Assembly: GCA_905235515.1 (NCBI GenBank)
Contig: CAJOLV010000005.1
Coordinates: 6,409 to 70,408 of the forward strand
Reading direction: 5' to 3'
DNA length: 64,000 nucleotides
DNA from: an uncultured Bacilli bacterium
GTDB taxonomy: Bacteria > Bacillota_I > Bacilli_A > RFN20 > CAG-826
Position 1 is the stretch's first letter. The number at the start of each line of letters is the position of its first letter. The notes beneath the pieces were generated by a model. The model had not been told where the DNA came from and searched no databases. It worked only from the letters and a program-made list of their open reading frames with translations. The translations under genes and the position numbers were made by a program. This document shows, in pieces, positions 29,013 through 38,052 of this stretch.

Positions 29013-29921
29013 ATGTTTGATGTTATTGTTGTCGGTGGCGGTCCTGCAGGAATGGGCGTCGCTCTCAACTTGCTTAGAGCAGGTCGAGACGTCCTCATTT
29101 TGGAATGCAACGCCTTCGGTGGACAAATGGCAACTTCTCCAAGACTAGAAAATATTCCAGGTACCATTTCTATTTCTGGATTAGAATTCTCTGATAAATT
29201 ATTTGAACAAATTACTGAATTAGGTGCGCAGTTTGAATTAGAAACTGTGACTGAAATTCAAAAAAAAGACGGCAGTTTTGTCGTAAAAACTGACTGGAAT
29301 AGCTATGAATGCCATGCGGTTGTCTTAGCTAATGGTTGTTCTCATAGAAAGATGGGATTGCCAAAAGAAGACGAACTAGTCGGACATGGTATCTCCTATT
29401 GCGCAGTTTGTGATGGAGCCTTTTATGTCGGTCATGAAGCTTGCATCATTGGTGACGCCAATACAGCGTTACAATATGCATTAATGCTCGGTAATTATTG
29501 TCCAAAAGTTCATATCTTTGCTTTATTCAATCGTTTATTTGCGGATCAAATCTTAATTGATAGAGTGAAAAACGATGCAAAATATGACGTGACCTATAAT
29601 GTCTCTCTTCAAGAGTTCATTGGTGAAGATGAATTAAAAGGACTAAGATTTAAAAACACTCAAACCGAAGAAGAATTCACAATTAAAACAAATAATGTCT
29701 TCATCGCAATTGGTCAAATCCCACACAACGAACCATTTAAAGATTTAATTGAATTAGATAAAGGATTTGTTGTCACTAATGAATTAATGGAAACTAATGT
29801 TCCAGGCATATTCGCAGTTGGTGACACTCGTAAAAAAAGCGTTCGCCAAGTTATTACCGCATTAGGTGATGCTAGCGTTGCCGCTGTGATGATTGATCGA
29901 TACTTAAGAAATCTTGAATAA
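29013..29921 (+). CDS. Thioredoxin-reductase-like flavoprotein (FAD + CAVC redox-active disulfide) with degenerate NAD(P)H-binding motifs; candidate ferredoxin-dependent (FFTR-like) thioredoxin reductase
   Basis: 'VIVVGGGPAGMG' FAD site, 'YCAVCDGA' active site; second GxGxxA is 'IIGDANTA' and HRRDxxR replaced by 'ALFNRLFAD'. Confidence 0.7.
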   Translation: MFDVIVVGGGPAGMGVALNLLRAGRDVLILECNAFGGQMATSPRLENIPGTISISGLEFSDKLFEQITELGAQFELETVTEIQKKDGSFVVKTDWNSYECHAVVLANGCSHRKMGLPKEDELVGHGISYCAVCDGAFYVGHEACIIGDANTALQYALMLGNYCPKVHIFALFNRLFADQILIDRVKNDAKYDVTYNVSLQEFIGEDELKGLRFKNTQTEEEFTIKTNNVFIAIGQIPHNEPFKDLIELDKGFVVTNELMETNVPGIFAVGDTRKKSVRQVITALGDASVAAVMIDRYLRNLE

Positions 29922-29926
29922 GATAA

Positions 29927-29956
29927 GCCATCCTCAGTGATGGTTTTCTTTTTTTA
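29927..29956 (+). terminator. Bidirectional terminator between trxB-like and nrdG (CCATC-ctcagt-GATGG + T-tract)
   Basis: 5-bp stem followed by TTTTCTTTTTTT. Confidence 0.4.
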
Positions 29957-29970
29957 GTGCATTATATATT

Positions 29971-30657
29971 TTAATATCCTCTTAATTCGATTTTAGAAAT
30001 ATATTTATTTAACACTTTTATAAATTCTTTAGCGGTTTCTTCTTTAACTTCATGAAGACCTTTTTGAATGCAGCCGTCTCTTTCCACAAACTTCTGTAGA
30101 TAAAGCACTTTTGCGCCTTTGATTAAGCTTGCTAATTCTTCCATATCTTCTACTTTATGGAACTCATCCACTAATGTGGTTCTAAATTCATAGTCAACGC
30201 CAGAATTCATAATGAGCTCAATACTCTTTTTGATATTATTCATGTTTACTTGTTTTGTGCCGGTAGTTAAAGCATATTTTTCTTCCGAATTTTTAATATC
30301 CATAGCGATGTAATCTAGAAGATTAGAATCAATTAAATCTTTGACAACATCAGGATTAGTTCCATTAGTGTCTAATTTAACCAAGAATCCTAATTCTTTT
30401 ACTTTTTGGATGTGTTTTTTAAGATTTGGTTCTAATGTTGGTTCCCCACCAGTGAACACCACTGCGTCTAACAATCCTTTTCTAGATTTAAGATAATCTA
30501 ATGACGCATCAAATAAGATTTCATCTTCTGCTTGTAAAACTGTTAAACCATTATGGCAGAACGGGCATCTGAAATTACATGTCTTATAAAATAGGACACA
30601 ACTAATCTTATCTTCATAGTCCAATAAGGACATTTTGTCTAGTCCAACCAAGCTCAT
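29971..30657 (-). CDS. nrdG: Anaerobic ribonucleotide reductase activating protein (radical SAM)
   Basis: 'CNFRCPFCHN' CxxxCxxC cluster motif, 228 aa. Confidence 0.9.
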   Translation of the reverse strand: MSLVGLDKMSLLDYEDKISCVLFYKTCNFRCPFCHNGLTVLQAEDEILFDASLDYLKSRKGLLDAVVFTGGEPTLEPNLKKHIQKVKELGFLVKLDTNGTNPDVVKDLIDSNLLDYIAMDIKNSEEKYALTTGTKQVNMNNIKKSIELIMNSGVDYEFRTTLVDEFHKVEDMEELASLIKGAKVLYLQKFVERDGCIQKGLHEVKEETAKEFIKVLNKYISKIELRGY

Positions 30658-30728
30658 AAACCTATTATATATTATTTATAATAATATTTTATAGTCTTTT
30701 AATCATTCTTTTGTTAGAATGATTTTAT

Positions 30729-31199
30729 ATGAAAGCATCAAATATTTCTTGGGATGAATATTTCATGGGTATTGCCTTACTTTCCTCTTTGAGAAGTAAA
30801 GATCCGAATACCAAAGTTGGAGCTTGTATCGTTGATGATGACAACAAGGTGGTTTCAATTGGCTATAACGGTATGCCTGCAGGTTTGGATGAGGATCAAT
30901 TATCCTGGAACAGAGGCGAAGGTTTAGACAGCAAATATTTATATGTTTGTCACGCTGAATTTAACGCTATCTTAAATACCCGTAACGGCGCATCCCTCCG
31001 TGGCTGTAGATTATATGTCACCTTATTCCCTTGCAATGAATGTGCAAAAGCCGTTATTCAAACAGGCATCAAAGAAGTTGTCTATTTAGATAACAAATAT
31101 CAAGATACCACTGGTGTTCAAGCATCATTAAAGATGTTAAAACTCGCTGGTATCAAAATCAGAAAGTACGAAGAAGACGTACCAGAAATCAATTATTAA
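30729..31199 (+). CDS. dCMP deaminase (ComEB-type cytidine/deoxycytidylate deaminase)
   Basis: Zn motifs 'CHAEFNAI' and 'PCNECAKAV'. Confidence 0.85.
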   Translation: MKASNISWDEYFMGIALLSSLRSKDPNTKVGACIVDDDNKVVSIGYNGMPAGLDEDQLSWNRGEGLDSKYLYVCHAEFNAILNTRNGASLRGCRLYVTLFPCNECAKAVIQTGIKEVVYLDNKYQDTTGVQASLKMLKLAGIKIRKYEEDVPEINY

Positions 31200-31200
31200 A

Positions 31201-31992
31201 ATGACTATTAAAGAATACGTAAAAGTCAAAAAAGCAGAGATAAGAGAATATGTTTTATCTATGCCAAGAAAACCAAAACTAGTAATTGTTCAAATCAATG
31301 AAGATGAAGCTAGTTATGCTTATATCCGTGGCAAATTAAAAGATGCTGCTGATTTAGGTATTGAAGCAGAATTAATTAAACTACCTTTAGAAACTTCCCA
31401 AGAAGAATTATTAAAAAAAATTGATGATCTAAATCACGATTCATCAGTTGATGGCTTTATCGTTCAAATGCCTTTGCCAAAACAAATTAATGAGGAGACA
31501 GTTAAATTAGCTATTGCTCCAAATAAAGATGTCGATGGTTTCCATCCGTTAAGCAAGTTAGATCCGTGCACTCCTAGAGGCATTATGAACTATCTAAATT
31601 CTAAAAATATAAAAATTCAAGGGAAAAATGCAGTGGTTATTGGCCGTTCTAACATTGTTGGTAAGCCAATGGCGAAATTATTATTAGCGGCGAACGCTAA
31701 TGTAACAGTGCTTCATTCTAAAACAAGTTTTGAAGATATGAGAAACTATATTGCTAATGCAGATATCATTGTTATTGCGATTGGAAAAGCTGGATTCTTA
31801 GACAAAAAATTCACTTATAAACCAGATGCAGTTCTTGTTGATGTTGGTATTAATCGATTAGAAGATGGCTTACACGGTGACGCAATTGCTAACCTTCCAG
31901 TTGGATTACAAACTCCAGTCCCAGGTGGTGTTGGATTACTCACTAGATTAGCGTTATATGAAAATCTTTTAACAATTGTTAATGGAAAATAG
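31201..31992 (+). CDS. folD: Bifunctional methylenetetrahydrofolate dehydrogenase/cyclohydrolase
   Basis: 'GFIVQMPLP', 'DVDGFHP', 'GRSNIVGKPMA', 'PGGVGLLT'. Confidence 0.9.
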   Translation: MTIKEYVKVKKAEIREYVLSMPRKPKLVIVQINEDEASYAYIRGKLKDAADLGIEAELIKLPLETSQEELLKKIDDLNHDSSVDGFIVQMPLPKQINEETVKLAIAPNKDVDGFHPLSKLDPCTPRGIMNYLNSKNIKIQGKNAVVIGRSNIVGKPMAKLLLAANANVTVLHSKTSFEDMRNYIANADIIVIAIGKAGFLDKKFTYKPDAVLVDVGINRLEDGLHGDAIANLPVGLQTPVPGGVGLLTRLALYENLLTIVNGK

Positions 31993-32016
31993 AAGATCTC
32001 TGGGTCTTCTTTTTTG
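31991..32016 (+). terminator. Intrinsic terminator after folD (AGAAGA-tctctggg-TCTTCT + TTTTTG)
   Basis: 6-bp stem + T-run. Confidence 0.5.
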
Positions 32017-32088
32017 TTTTTAAAATTGTATAGTAATTTGCTTTACAATAACTATATATTTGCTATACATATATCGAGAGGTATTGTT

Positions 32089-32266
32089 ATGTCTACAAAT
32101 CTAGTTAGTTTAAGTTTTAGAATCGATTCTAAGCTCAAACAAGATGCCGAAAAATTGTTTGAAAGTTTAGGTTTAACAGACTACTGCTTTTAATATCTTT
32201 TTAAGACAGTCAGTTAGAGAAAGGGAAATTCCATTCGATATCACCACAAATACTCCTAACGCCTAA
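32089..32266 (+). pseudogene. DinJ/RelB-family antitoxin remnant, frameshifted and C-terminally truncated; no toxin gene follows
   Basis: ATG at 32089 with GAGAGGT RBS; frame 1 'MSTNLVSLSFRIDSKLKQDAEKLFESLGLTDYCF*' matches DinJ N-terminus; +1 frame continues 'TTAFNIFLRQSVREREIPFDIT...'; single extra g (acaGact) separates frames. Confidence 0.55.
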
Positions 32267-32327
32267 AAGGCGGTTTTCTTTAAAAAATGATATTTTTTTC
32301 AAAAAAGAGGTATAATACTTACTATAT

Positions 32328-32888
32328 ATGGACATTCAAGAAAAATTATTAAAAGGTAATCAAGCATTTATCGATGGAGCAGACAAAGGATTAGTAAAAA
32401 AACTAGTCGAAGGTCAAAAGCCCTATGCTTTAATAGTGACTTGCTCTGACTCAAGAGTTATTCCAGAAAAGATTTTCTCCTGCAATCTAGGAGAAATACT
32501 TGTCATTAGAACCGCTGGTAATGTGATTAATGAAGGTGAATTAGCCTCAATTGAATACGGCATCGAACATTTATGCATTCAATATGTTCTAATCTTAGGC
32601 CATACCCATTGTGGTGCGATTCGCGCTGCGCTACGTAATGATAAAGGTAGATTTATCTCTTGCATCACCAAAAACATTTCTCAAAATATAGTTGGTGAAA
32701 AAGATGAGGTTCAAGCAGCTAGATTAAATGCAATTAATCAAGGATTATATTTGAAAAGAAAATTTCCAGATTATTTTGGTGAAATCAAATCAGGTATCTA
32801 TGATATTGAAAATGGCCAAGTCAGTATCTTGGACGATCAATTAGATGCAAAAGATCAATTTATAAATATTGGATTTAACGAAATCTAA
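32328..32888 (+). CDS. Beta-class carbonic anhydrase
   Basis: 'CSDSRV' and 'HTHCGA' zinc-ligand motifs. Confidence 0.85.
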   Translation: MDIQEKLLKGNQAFIDGADKGLVKKLVEGQKPYALIVTCSDSRVIPEKIFSCNLGEILVIRTAGNVINEGELASIEYGIEHLCIQYVLILGHTHCGAIRAALRNDKGRFISCITKNISQNIVGEKDEVQAARLNAINQGLYLKRKFPDYFGEIKSGIYDIENGQVSILDDQLDAKDQFINIGFNEI

Positions 32889-32892
32889 AGAA

Positions 32893-32920
32893 AAACGGTT
32901 CAAATGAACCGCTTTCTTTT
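32893..32920. terminator. Bidirectional terminator between carbonic anhydrase and ribokinase (CGGTTC-aaat-GAACCG flanked by A- and T-tracts)
   Basis: 6-bp stem with flanking AAAAA / TTTCTTTT. Confidence 0.6.
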
Positions 32921-33785
32921 ATTTATAAGCTTTAATTTCTTCTTCCGTTGGGATAGAAGGTTGTGCTCCTTTACGTGTACACGCAATAGAGGCTGCTAGA
33001 GAGCCATAACACGCTGCTTCGATTAAATTATCATTTTTACTATATTTAGCGAGCAACGCGCCTAAAAATGTATCTCCCGCCGCAGTTGTGTCAATTGCTT
33101 TGACTTTAATACATGGGAATGGGCAATTCATTGACTTATCAATATATTTAAAGCCTTGGCTACCTAAAGTAACTATAAGAGTAGGTATTAATTTCTTTAA
33201 TTGTTCTTCTCCTCCTAATAATTCACATTCACCTTCGTTAGGCACTAAGACATCAACATATTTTAAATATGGAATAATATCTTTATTAGCAGGAGCAGGA
33301 TTTAAGAATGTCATTAATTTCTTTTCTTTAGCTTTTCTTAAAGCATAGCCCACTACTTCAATTGGGTTTTCTAATTGAGCTAAGAAAATATCACCTTTAT
33401 CTGCGCGATTGAGGAAATTATCAACATCCATGTTGGTCACTTTGTGGTTTGCACCTGTATCAAGGATAATACGGTTATCTCCTTCACAAACAATAATCAT
33501 CGCTGTGCCTGTTGGAGTGTCTTCTAACACTTTAACGTGAGAGGTATTAATTCCTTCTTTATTTAAAGATTCTAATGCTTCTTTACCAAATAAATCATTA
33601 CCCACTGCTCCTAAAAATTTTACTTGGCCACCATTTCTTGCTGCAGCGACAGCTTGATTAGCACCTTTACCGCCTCTTGCAGTGAAAAAACCGCTACCAG
33701 TTAATGTTTCACCTTTATTAGGAATATAAGGGGTGTTAATAACTAAATCAGTGTTAATTGAACCTAAAATATAAATCTTTTTCAT
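32919..33785 (-). CDS. rbsK: Ribokinase (PfkB family); probable start MKKIYILGS (track start 33809)
   Basis: 'GGKGANQAVAAARNG', 'DTTAAGDTFLGAL'. Confidence 0.85.
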   Translation of the reverse strand: MKKIYILGSINTDLVINTPYIPNKGETLTGSGFFTARGGKGANQAVAAARNGGQVKFLGAVGNDLFGKEALESLNKEGINTSHVKVLEDTPTGTAMIIVCEGDNRIILDTGANHKVTNMDVDNFLNRADKGDIFLAQLENPIEVVGYALRKAKEKKLMTFLNPAPANKDIIPYLKYVDVLVPNEGECELLGGEEQLKKLIPTLIVTLGSQGFKYIDKSMNCPFPCIKVKAIDTTAAGDTFLGALLAKYSKNDNLIEAACYGSLAASIACTRKGAQPSIPTEEEIKAYK

Positions 33786-33844
33786 ATTAGTCATCTCCAG
33801 AAAAATCATCTATTAGAATTGTTCCAACGAAATATCAAAACCTT

Positions 33845-33994
33845 TCATCTCTTTCTTTGCCACTCAAAATCTTTTAGAGTGCTTTTTAATATTACAACTT
33901 CACCATGTTTGGTAACATAGATATCGTCAGTTTGAGAAAGATTTAAATAATAACCTTGTTTTCTTATAAAATCAGTAATCATAATTGTTTTCAT
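33845..33994 (-). CDS. Small ORF (49 aa) resembling N-terminal half of Phd/YefM-family antitoxin; truncated, not in ORF track (<60 aa)
   Basis: GGAGG RBS 9 nt upstream; 'MKTIMITDFIRKQGYYLNLSQTDDIYVTKHGEVVILKS' resembles Phd/YefM N-terminal pattern (ExxVIITRxGKPVAVLIS). Confidence 0.35.
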   Translation of the reverse strand: MKTIMITDFIRKQGYYLNLSQTDDIYVTKHGEVVILKSTLKDFEWQRKR

Positions 33995-34075
33995 TATTAA
34001 AACCTCCTCGTGTTAAAAATATAATACAAAAAAGGAATAGATTTCTCCATTCCTTAATTGATATTAGTGACTAGA

Positions 34076-34477
34076 TTATTCAACCCAAGTAACAACACTG
34101 ATAGGAGCGTTATCACCTTTACGGTTACCTAATTTTAATCTTCTGGTGTAGCCACCATTACGGGATTTGAATTTAGGACCTAATTCATTGAATAAGACAT
34201 CTAAGGCTTTAACGCCTTGTTCATTTTCAATGTTTCTGACAAATCTAGCAGCTTGTCTTTTCGCATTCATGACATCTTCTTTTTTGGTTAATGTCACTAA
34301 ACGGTCAGCTTCTTTAACAACGTCACGAGCAGTGGCTTCTGTGACTTTGACAGTGCCGTGAAGAATTAAATCTGTCACAACATTACGAAGCATATTTTCA
34401 TATTTGCTCTTTGTGTAAGCGGCCTTAAATCTAACGCCTGTCTTACCATGAACATTTTTTCTACCTTGTGCTGGCAT
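34076..34477 (-). CDS. rplQ: 50S ribosomal protein L17 (with ~17-aa N-terminal extension)
   Basis: 'AYTKSKYENMLRNVVTDLILHGTVKVTEATA' L17 core; GGAGG RBS at annotated start. Confidence 0.9.
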   Translation of the reverse strand: MPAQGRKNVHGKTGVRFKAAYTKSKYENMLRNVVTDLILHGTVKVTEATARDVVKEADRLVTLTKKEDVMNAKRQAARFVRNIENEQGVKALDVLFNELGPKFKSRNGGYTRRLKLGNRKGDNAPISVVTWVE

Positions 34478-34491
34478 ATTTAATCCTCCTA

Positions 34492-35460
34492 TTATTCAAA
34501 GTCTTTAAAGGCTAAGTTATAACTGATAAGTTTTTCTTTAATTTCTTTTAAGGATTTCTTACCAAGGTTCTTGACCTTCATCATATCTTCCTCAGTCTTT
34601 TCTGTTAATTCAAGAACAGTTTGGATACCCGCTCTCTTGAGACAGTTATAAGAACGAACAGAGAGATCGAGTTCTTCGATTGGGAAGTTTTCGTATTTGT
34701 TTTCTTCGACTGGAGCGACATCCTTTTCGATATTAATATCGCGTGTAATATCCGCAACGCCTAAGAATTTTTCAAAGTGTTTAATTAATAAGTTAGCACT
34801 TTCAGCAAGAGCCACTTGTGGGGTGATGGAACCATCAGTCCAAACTTCAACTGTTAATTTATCGAAGTGTGAATCGTGACCAACACGGGTGTTATCGACT
34901 GTGTAGTTAGCTTTTCTCACTGGAGAATAGTTACTATCAGTAGCGATTGTACCTAATTGGAGGTTTGGATGGAGAACTTTATTTTGTTCGCCAGTGACAT
35001 AACCTCTACCATTACGAGCGTGGAGAACCATGTGTAAGCTACCACGATCTGTTAAATGGGCAAGAACTAATTCTGGGTTGACGACTTCTACGCCTGTTGG
35101 GCAAATAATGTCACCAGCGGTAATAACGGCAGGACCTTGAGCTTTGATTTCAAGTCTCTTATTGCCATCATCTTCTTCGTCAATACGGAGAATTAAATCT
35201 TTTAAGTTGAGAATGATGGTTGTGACGTCTTCTTCCACACCTTCTAAAGCGGTGAATTCGTGACGTGCACCTTCAACTTCAACAGCGTAAACGGATGCGC
35301 CTGGTAAGGATGAGAGTAAAACTCTACGTAAAGCATTACCTAAGGTTAATCCGAATCCTCTTTCGAGTGGTTCGATAACGAAGCGACCATAATTTTCATT
35401 ACCATCATAGTCTGCTTGGGTGATTTCAAATCTTTCAAATGGATTAGCAATTTTCATCAT
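34492..35460 (-). CDS. rpoA: DNA-directed RNA polymerase subunit alpha
   Basis: 322 aa, 'ERGFGLTLGNALRRVLLSSLPG'. Confidence 0.95.
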   Translation of the reverse strand: MMKIANPFERFEITQADYDGNENYGRFVIEPLERGFGLTLGNALRRVLLSSLPGASVYAVEVEGARHEFTALEGVEEDVTTIILNLKDLILRIDEEDDGNKRLEIKAQGPAVITAGDIICPTGVEVVNPELVLAHLTDRGSLHMVLHARNGRGYVTGEQNKVLHPNLQLGTIATDSNYSPVRKANYTVDNTRVGHDSHFDKLTVEVWTDGSITPQVALAESANLLIKHFEKFLGVADITRDINIEKDVAPVEENKYENFPIEELDLSVRSYNCLKRAGIQTVLELTEKTEEDMMKVKNLGKKSLKEIKEKLISYNLAFKDFE

Positions 35461-35472
35461 TCTTACCTCCTA

Positions 35473-35862
35473 TTAGCCTCTTGGGCGTTTTGGTGGACGG
35501 CAACCGTTATGTGGGATTGGTGTGCTATCAACGATAGATAACACTTGTAAGCCAGCGACGGCTAAGCTACGGATTGCGCCTTCTCTACCTGGGCCTGGGC
35601 CTTTGACATCGACATCGACTTGACGAATACCTTGTTCATAGGCAGCTTTGGCAGCGGCTTCAGCAGCTTGCATAGCGGCGAATGGTGTACTTTTCTTTGC
35701 GCCTTTAAAGCCCATCGCACCAGCGGAGGACCATGTTAAGGCGTTACCTTGTTCATCACAAATTGTGACGATTGTGTTATTGAAAGTTGAGTGAATGTGG
35801 GCGACGCCTTTCGTAAATGAGCGTTTAATTTTCTTTTTACGAGCATTAGTTTTTTGTGCCAT
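35473..35862 (-). CDS. rpsK: 30S ribosomal protein S11
   Basis: Sequence and operon position. Confidence 0.95.
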   Translation of the reverse strand: MAQKTNARKKKIKRSFTKGVAHIHSTFNNTIVTICDEQGNALTWSSAGAMGFKGAKKSTPFAAMQAAEAAAKAAYEQGIRQVDVDVKGPGPGREGAIRSLAVAGLQVLSIVDSTPIPHNGCRPPKRPRG

Positions 35863-35883
35863 AACTATTTACTACTCCTTTCA

Positions 35884-36261
35884 TTAACCTTGTGGCGCCA
35901 TCTTCTTATTCGCAATGGTCTTACGTGGACCTTTACGTGTTCTGGCGTTGGTTTTACTTCTTTGACCACGGACTGGTAAACCTCTTCTATGACGTGTGCC
36001 ACGGTAGCAGCCGATTTCGGTTAAACGTTTGATATTTAACGCGACTTCACGTCTGAGATCACCTTCGGTCTTATATTTACCGATTTCATTTCTAATTGCA
36101 CCGAGTTGATCATCGGTTAAATCTTTAACTCTGATTGTGCCGTCGACTTTTGCGCCTTCGCAAATAAGTTCAGCGGTATGTCTTCCGATACCATAAATAT
36201 AGGTAAGGGAAATTTTGACTGGTTTGTCATTAGGAATATCTACACCTACTAAACGTGCCAT
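35884..36261 (-). CDS. rpsM: 30S ribosomal protein S13
   Basis: '[13 protein letters not shown]'. Confidence 0.95.
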   Translation of the reverse strand: MARLVGVDIPNDKPVKISLTYIYGIGRHTAELICEGAKVDGTIRVKDLTDDQLGAIRNEIGKYKTEGDLRREVALNIKRLTEIGCYRGTRHRRGLPVRGQRSKTNARTRKGPRKTIANKKMAPQG

Positions 36262-36276
36262 ATTCTAATATCCTCC

Positions 36277-36390
36277 TTAACCTTGTCTCTGCTTATGCTT
36301 TGGATTTTCACAAATGACCATAACTTTGCCATTTCTCTTAATCACTTTGCATTTTGGGCAGATTGGTTTGACTGAAGGTCTGACTTTCAT
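36277..36390 (-). CDS. rpmJ: 50S ribosomal protein L36 (37 aa; below ORF-track cutoff)
   Basis: Hand translation '[37 protein letters not shown]' with AGGAGG RBS. Confidence 0.9.
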   Translation of the reverse strand: MKVRPSVKPICPKCKVIKRNGKVMVICENPKHKQRQG

Positions 36391-36414
36391 AATTTCTTTC
36401 CTCCTAGTTTGATT

Positions 36415-36633
36415 CTACTTGAATCTAAATGTTATGCGGCCCCGTGTTAAATCATAAGGCGAGATTTCTACTGTAACTTTATCACCTGGGAGAATGCGTA
36501 TGTAATTCATACGGATTTTTCCAGAAACGGTGGCCAAGATTACAACGCCGTTCTCTAGCTTAACCTTGAACATGGTGTTCGGTAAGCATTCTGTAACGAC
36601 CGCCTGTACTTCGATCATATCTTGTTTAGACAT
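36415..36633 (-). CDS. infA: Translation initiation factor IF-1 (start MSKQDMIEV; track ORF longer)
   Basis: '[45 protein letters not shown]'. Confidence 0.9.
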   Translation of the reverse strand: MSKQDMIEVQAVVTECLPNTMFKVKLENGVVILATVSGKIRMNYIRILPGDKVTVEISPYDLTRGRITFRFK

Positions 36634-37399
36634 ATAGTTTCTTTTCCTCTTCTGTGAGAGTAATAATTTCTCTTCCGTTTTCGGTAATGACGATGGTGTT
36701 TTCATAGTGACAAGTTAGTTTCCCATCTCTACTTTTAACAGTCCATCCGTCACCGAGGATACGTGTATCTTTTCTTCCTTCAAGAACCATTGGCTCAATG
36801 GCTAATGTCATTCCTTTTTGAAGAAGTGGTCCACTACCTTCTTTACCAAAATTAGGAATTGATGGATCTTCATGCATGCTTTTACCAATACCGTGACCGG
36901 TAAAGTCTCTAGCGACATTATATCCGTTACTCTCGACTGTTTTTTGGATTGCGCTTTGAATATCGCCTAAGTGATTGCCTGGTTTGGCTTGAGCAATTCC
37001 GTTAAAGAATGCTTGTTTAGTTACTTCCATCAATCTTTGAGCGCGTTCACTAATGATGCCTATCGCGAATGTACGTGTCGCATCAGCGCAATAGCCTTGA
37101 TAATTCGCCACGACATCAAGGGAGACGATATCTCCTTCTCTTAAAATAATCTTATGAGAAGGAATACCATGAATTAATGTGTCATTAACACTAACGCAGG
37201 TCATCGCTGGATAATCATAATATCCTTTGCACGGACCAGTGCAACCCATTGAGGTAATCACTTCTTCCGCTTTAGCGTTGATCTGATAAGTAGAAACACC
37301 TGGTTTCATCAATTTGCCACATTCTTCAAAGACTTTAGCAACGACTTCGCCGGCCTTCTTCATTAATTCGATTTCCCTTGTTGACTTGACGATAATCAT
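36626..37399 (-). CDS. map: Methionine aminopeptidase type I
   Basis: 257 aa, metal ligands pattern '[12 protein letters not shown]...HGIG'. Confidence 0.9.
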   Translation of the reverse strand: MIIVKSTREIELMKKAGEVVAKVFEECGKLMKPGVSTYQINAKAEEVITSMGCTGPCKGYYDYPAMTCVSVNDTLIHGIPSHKIILREGDIVSLDVVANYQGYCADATRTFAIGIISERAQRLMEVTKQAFFNGIAQAKPGNHLGDIQSAIQKTVESNGYNVARDFTGHGIGKSMHEDPSIPNFGKEGSGPLLQKGMTLAIEPMVLEGRKDTRILGDGWTVKSRDGKLTCHYENTIVITENGREIITLTEEEKKLYV

Positions 37400-37401
37400 A
37401 A

Positions 37402-38052
37402 TTATTTGTTTAAAAATTTAGAAACTTGATCGAAGAGTTCTTCTTTACCCACTAAGGAATTAAAGGATTCTAGCAAGCCTTCTTTGGCGTAGAAATCTAA
37501 TAATGGCTTAGTGTCTTGAACATAGTGTTCTAAGCGGACTTTTAACGCTTCTTCATTATCATCCGCTCTTTGATAGAGTGGTCCACCACAGATATCACAG
37601 ACACCTTCAACCTTTGGTTTTAAGGTGATGACATGATATGGGGCGCCACAAGTTTTGCAAACTCTTCTGCCACTGATGCGGCGAATGAGTTCAGCATTGT
37701 CACAATCTAAGTTCACAACAACTTCAATTGGACGATTTATTTCTTTTGATAATTCTCTTAACGCTTCCGCTTGTGGAAGGGTTCTTGGAAAACCATCAAG
37801 TAAGAAACCTTTCGCGCAATCACCTTGACTAAGGCGTTCTTTGACTAAGCCAATTGTGACTTCATCTGGAACTAAATCACCTTTATCAATATATGATTTT
37901 GCTAATGTGCCAAGAGGTGTACCTGCTTTAATGGCGTCTCTAAACATATCACCTGTTGAGATATGAACGAGATTTAAAGCGGACATTAATTGCTTGGCAA
38001 GAGTGCCTTTTCCCGCTCCGGGAGGACCCATTAAGATAATGTTTTTCTTCAC
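37402..38052 (-). CDS. adk: Adenylate kinase (zinc-lid type)
   Basis: 'GPPGAGKGT' P-loop; 'CKTCGAPYH...CDICGG' lid. Confidence 0.95.
   Translation of the reverse strand: MKKNIILMGPPGAGKGTLAKQLMSALNLVHISTGDMFRDAIKAGTPLGTLAKSYIDKGDLVPDEVTIGLVKERLSQGDCAKGFLLDGFPRTLPQAEALRELSKEINRPIEVVVNLDCDNAELIRRISGRRVCKTCGAPYHVITLKPKVEGVCDICGGPLYQRADDNEEALKVRLEHYVQDTKPLLDFYAKEGLLESFNSLVGKEELFDQVSKFLNK

Noticed and set aside
33088-33348. 86-aa plus-strand ORF
   Set aside because: Inside the ribokinase coding region on the opposite strand.
34076-34130. Possibility that rplQ's N-terminal 17 aa are a mis-called start
   Set aside because: The annotated ATG has a well-spaced GGAGG RBS and no downstream in-frame ATG/GTG/TTG precedes the conserved core. 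The extension is kept as real.
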